Positions 61,165 to 64,000 of a DNA stretch of 64,000 nt are shown here, piece by piece. The DNA is from an uncultured Alphaproteobacteria bacterium (GTDB lineage: Bacteria; Pseudomonadota; Alphaproteobacteria; HIMB59; GCA-002718135): assembly GCA_902623585.1 (NCBI GenBank), contig CACNUO010000001.1, forward strand, positions 72,314 to 136,313, given 5' to 3'. How positions within the stretch are numbered: the first letter of the stretch is position 1; the number at the start of each line of letters is the position of its first letter. The notes below the pieces were generated by a model. The model was not told the origin of the DNA. It made no database searches and saw only the letters and a program-made list of their open reading frames with translations. A program made the position numbers and the translations under genes.

Positions 61165-62814
61165 ATGTTAAGTAAACTAAAATTATTTGATAGTGACTCT
61201 TTAAAATTACTTCATAGAAGAGTTTTTTTTGCAATTACAATTTTTATATTTGTCTATTTTATTTCTATTTATAGAATTTCGTCAATTATGCTCTTTCCTG
61301 ATCTAATTAATGATACTACTAATTATGCAAACAAAGATATTAGGGGCAGTATTTATGATAGGAATGGAAATATAATTGCTACCTCAATTGAAAGTATTTC
61401 TTTATCAATTAATCCTAATAAGATAAAAAATAAAAAAAAACTTGCCAATAAATTGGGATTAATTCTTGATTTAGATATAAAAAAAATTGAAAAAAAATTA
61501 TTATCAACAAGTAAATTTATTTGGATAAAAAGAAATATATCTCCAATTGAATATCAAGAAATAATTAATCTTGGTGAAATAAATATCAAAGCTCATAAAG
61601 AATTTAAAAGAATATATCCTTATAAGAATACGTTATCACATATTCTTGGATATGTAGATATTGATCAAATTGGTCAAAGTGGAATTGAAAGGTATTTTGA
61701 AAATGATCTCGCAAAATCACAAGATATAATTATTAGTATTGATACTAATTTACAGCAGTTGGTTAGAGAAAATCTCTTAAAAACAATAAATAATTATAAA
61801 GCTGAATCCGGTTTAGCTATAGTTATGGATATTACTAATGGTCAAATTTTATCATCAGTAAGCTTACCTGATTATAATCCCGAGGACAAATCCTCATATA
61901 ATAATAATAATTTAATAAATAGAGTTTTTCAGTCTAATTATGAAATGGGATCAACTTTCAAACCAATAACTGCCACTATTGGATTTGATTTAGATATTAT
62001 AGATCCTCAAATGACTTTTGATGTTACAAAAAAATATTTAAATATAAGTGATCATGATAAATACAAAGATAGTGGTATTTATGATGTTGAAAAAATAATT
62101 GTTGAATCATCAAATATTGGTACAGCTCAGATTGCTACTTTGATTGGAAAAAAAAACCAAATAGAATTTTTTGAAAAAATAGGTTTCAATAAAAAAATAA
62201 ATATAGAAAATAAAGAAAGCTCAGCTCCTTTAGGAAATAAATATAATTGGGGTAAACTAGAAACAGCAACGATAGGATTTGGTCATGGATTTGCAATTAC
62301 ACCTCTTCATTTAGTTAAAGCTTATGCTTCATTAGCGAATAATGGGAATGAAGTTTTTCCTACACTTCAATTAAACAAACAATTTGAACAAAATCAAATT
62401 TTTAATAATAAAGAATCATCTAAATTCTTTATCAATTTATTAAATTCTGTTGTTCTCAAGACCGAATACACTGGTCCTAGAGTAAAAGTAGATGGTTATT
62501 CTGTAGGAGGTAAAACGGGAACATCAGAATTACTAAATCCAAATGGTGGATATTATAAGGATAGAAACTTAACGTCCTTTATTGGGATATTCCCAACAAA
62601 TAATCCAAAATATGTAGTTTACACTGCTATTGAGTATCCAAAAAAGGAAACAGGCACTAAACAAAGAATGACTGGAGCAAGAGTAAATGCACCCTTGGTA
62701 AAAGATATTATTATTAATATTATAAGCCTCTTTAATATTTCAAAAGATAAAAATGATGATCTTCTAAAAGTAGACACAAATTTTTTATATAGAAAATTAA
62801 ATGCTACTGTCTAA
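61165..62814 (+). CDS. ftsI: Peptidoglycan D,D-transpeptidase FtsI (class B PBP)
   Basis: 549 aa with an N-terminal TM anchor and the SxxK (GSTFKP), SSN and KTGT (GGKTGTSE) motifs. Confidence 0.87.
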   Translation: MLSKLKLFDSDSLKLLHRRVFFAITIFIFVYFISIYRISSIMLFPDLINDTTNYANKDIRGSIYDRNGNIIATSIESISLSINPNKIKNKKKLANKLGLILDLDIKKIEKKLLSTSKFIWIKRNISPIEYQEIINLGEINIKAHKEFKRIYPYKNTLSHILGYVDIDQIGQSGIERYFENDLAKSQDIIISIDTNLQQLVRENLLKTINNYKAESGLAIVMDITNGQILSSVSLPDYNPEDKSSYNNNNLINRVFQSNYEMGSTFKPITATIGFDLDIIDPQMTFDVTKKYLNISDHDKYKDSGIYDVEKIIVESSNIGTAQIATLIGKKNQIEFFEKIGFNKKINIENKESSAPLGNKYNWGKLETATIGFGHGFAITPLHLVKAYASLANNGNEVFPTLQLNKQFEQNQIFNNKESSKFFINLLNSVVLKTEYTGPRVKVDGYSVGGKTGTSELLNPNGGYYKDRNLTSFIGIFPTNNPKYVVYTAIEYPKKETGTKQRMTGARVNAPLVKDIIINIISLFNISKDKNDDLLKVDTNFLYRKLNATV

Positions 62815-64000
62815 TTTATCAAAAGTTATAAGAGTAAATAAAACGTACAACTTTAATAAAAATAAATATTTCTCTGCAATTACCTCTAACTCAAAATTTA
62901 CTAATAACAAAACGTTGTTTGTTTATGACAAAAATACAAAGGTAAAAAAGATTTATTTAGATGAAGTACTTAAGAATAAAACTCCTGCTATAATTTCAAA
63001 TAAATATATTAAAAACTTAAAAATTCCTCAATTTGTTGTATCTAATATTAATTTTGAGATACATTATTTATTAACTAAGCTTCATAGTAATCTTCCCTTT
63101 AAAACACTAGCAGTTACAGGTACCAATGGAAAGACATCAGTTGTTTGGTATATTTCAAAAATTCTTAATTCACTAAAATATAATAATACAATGGTTGGTA
63201 CTTTAGGCCATTTTGTAAACGGAAAAAAAATAAATGATATAAATTTAACAACACCTGCCTATGAAGAATTATTTAGATATGGATCTTCGAATAAAAAAGA
63301 AAAAAATATTTTCATTTTTGAAGCTTCAAGTCACGCTCTAGAACAAAACAGGTTAAGAAATTATCCAATAAATATTGCAGCTATTACAAACATTTCAAAA
63401 GATCATCTTGATTACCATAAAACATTCTCAAATTATAAAAAATCTAAAATTAAACTTTTCTCTAATCATTTAGTAGATTCTGGATTTGCTATAATTAATT
63501 CAAGATTAAACATCTTGTCTGAATTAAAAAAAACATTGATAAAAAAAAACATAAAATTTAAATATTTCGGAAATAAAAATATAAAATTAATAAAAATCAA
63601 TGATTTTGTATATTTGAATATTAACAATACAAAATATAAACTAGAAAATATAAAACTTAAAACAAATATAGAATTAGAAAATTTAGAATGCGCAATTACT
63701 TGTTGCTTAGCACTTAATATTAGTCAAAGTAAAATTATAAGAGTATTATCAAAAGTTACAAATCCATCAGGTCGTTTGCAAACAATTGAGTATAAGAAAA
63801 AAAAATCAAAAATTATTATTGACTATGCACATACACCAGATGCTATGAAAAAAATTCTACTTGCTTACAAAATCAAAAAAATGAAACCATCAATTTTATT
63901 TGGTTGTGGCGGTGATAGAGATAAAAGTAAGCGAAAATCTATGGCCTTAATTGCAAATAAATATGCTGATAAAATTTACATAACGGATGACAATCCTAGA
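62801..64000 (+). CDS. murE: UDP-N-acetylmuramoyl-L-alanyl-D-glutamate--2,6-diaminopimelate ligase, N-terminal 400 codons (3' end outside the window)
   Basis: Not in the ORF track because there is no stop in the window. ATG at 62801, overlapping ftsI by 14 nt. It has the P-loop AVTGTNGKTS, YAHTPDA, and ends ...YITDDNPR (the MurE DNPR motif). Confidence 0.9.
   Translation, partial: MLLSNLSKVIRVNKTYNFNKNKYFSAITSNSKFTNNKTLFVYDKNTKVKKIYLDEVLKNKTPAIISNKYIKNLKIPQFVVSNINFEIHYLLTKLHSNLPFKTLAVTGTNGKTSVVWYISKILNSLKYNNTMVGTLGHFVNGKKINDINLTTPAYEELFRYGSSNKKEKNIFIFEASSHALEQNRLRNYPINIAAITNISKDHLDYHKTFSNYKKSKIKLFSNHLVDSGFAIINSRLNILSELKKTLIKKNIKFKYFGNKNIKLIKINDFVYLNINNTKYKLENIKLKTNIELENLECAITCCLALNISQSKIIRVLSKVTNPSGRLQTIEYKKKKSKIIIDYAHTPDAMKKILLAYKIKKMKPSILFGCGGDRDKSKRKSMALIANKYADKIYITDDNPR

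Overview
AT-rich (roughly 30% GC by eye), very gene-dense alphaproteobacterial chromosome segment. It has the hallmarks of a streamlined SAR11/Pelagibacterales-type genome: overlapping start/stop codons, convergent genes that abut or overlap, Lys/Asn/Ile-rich proteins, alpha-type L36, DUF4167, an ELM1-like protein and a dcw cluster. This taxonomic call is inference. The window has three blocks. (i) 1-22.7 kb is core housekeeping: hisS, prfA, prmC, ispA, guaC, ggt, rpmJ, trxB, greA, carAB, dnaG, rpoD. (ii) 22.7-51.7 kb is a compositionally distinct accessory carbohydrate island. It holds three ABC importers (one Opp-type, two CUT1-type), an MFS transporter, two GH4 NAD-dependent glycosidases, four Gfo/Idh/MocA oxidoreductases, an aldo/keto reductase, a xylose-isomerase-like TIM barrel, two PhyH-family Fe/2OG oxygenases, a flavin-dependent halogenase homologue, a divergent PanB-like protein, a LacI regulator, class II FBA and a tRNA(CAT). 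It has no sugar kinase and no classical hydrolase. (iii) 51.7-64 kb is core again: mlaC/mlaA, uvrD, ligA, bamD, an amidase, RNase P RNA and mraZ-rsmH-ftsL-ftsI-murE. I saw no rRNA, CRISPR array, transposase, integrase or phage genes. The best candidate for an undescribed system is the GH4/PhyH/halogenase-like/Opp-type locus at 22.8-34.9 kb, together with a second PhyH paralogue whose iron-binding motif reads H-x-G (halogenase-like) instead of H-x-D. The sequence also shows a single in-frame TAA inside the essential rpoD gene. Five +1 homopolymer frameshifts cluster in uvrD, ligA and an amidase at 55.2-58.8 kb. Other observations are a perfect LacI-type operator, four 10-bp-phased MraZ boxes, an rpmJ gene missed by the ORF track, and a tRNA-Val with C33.
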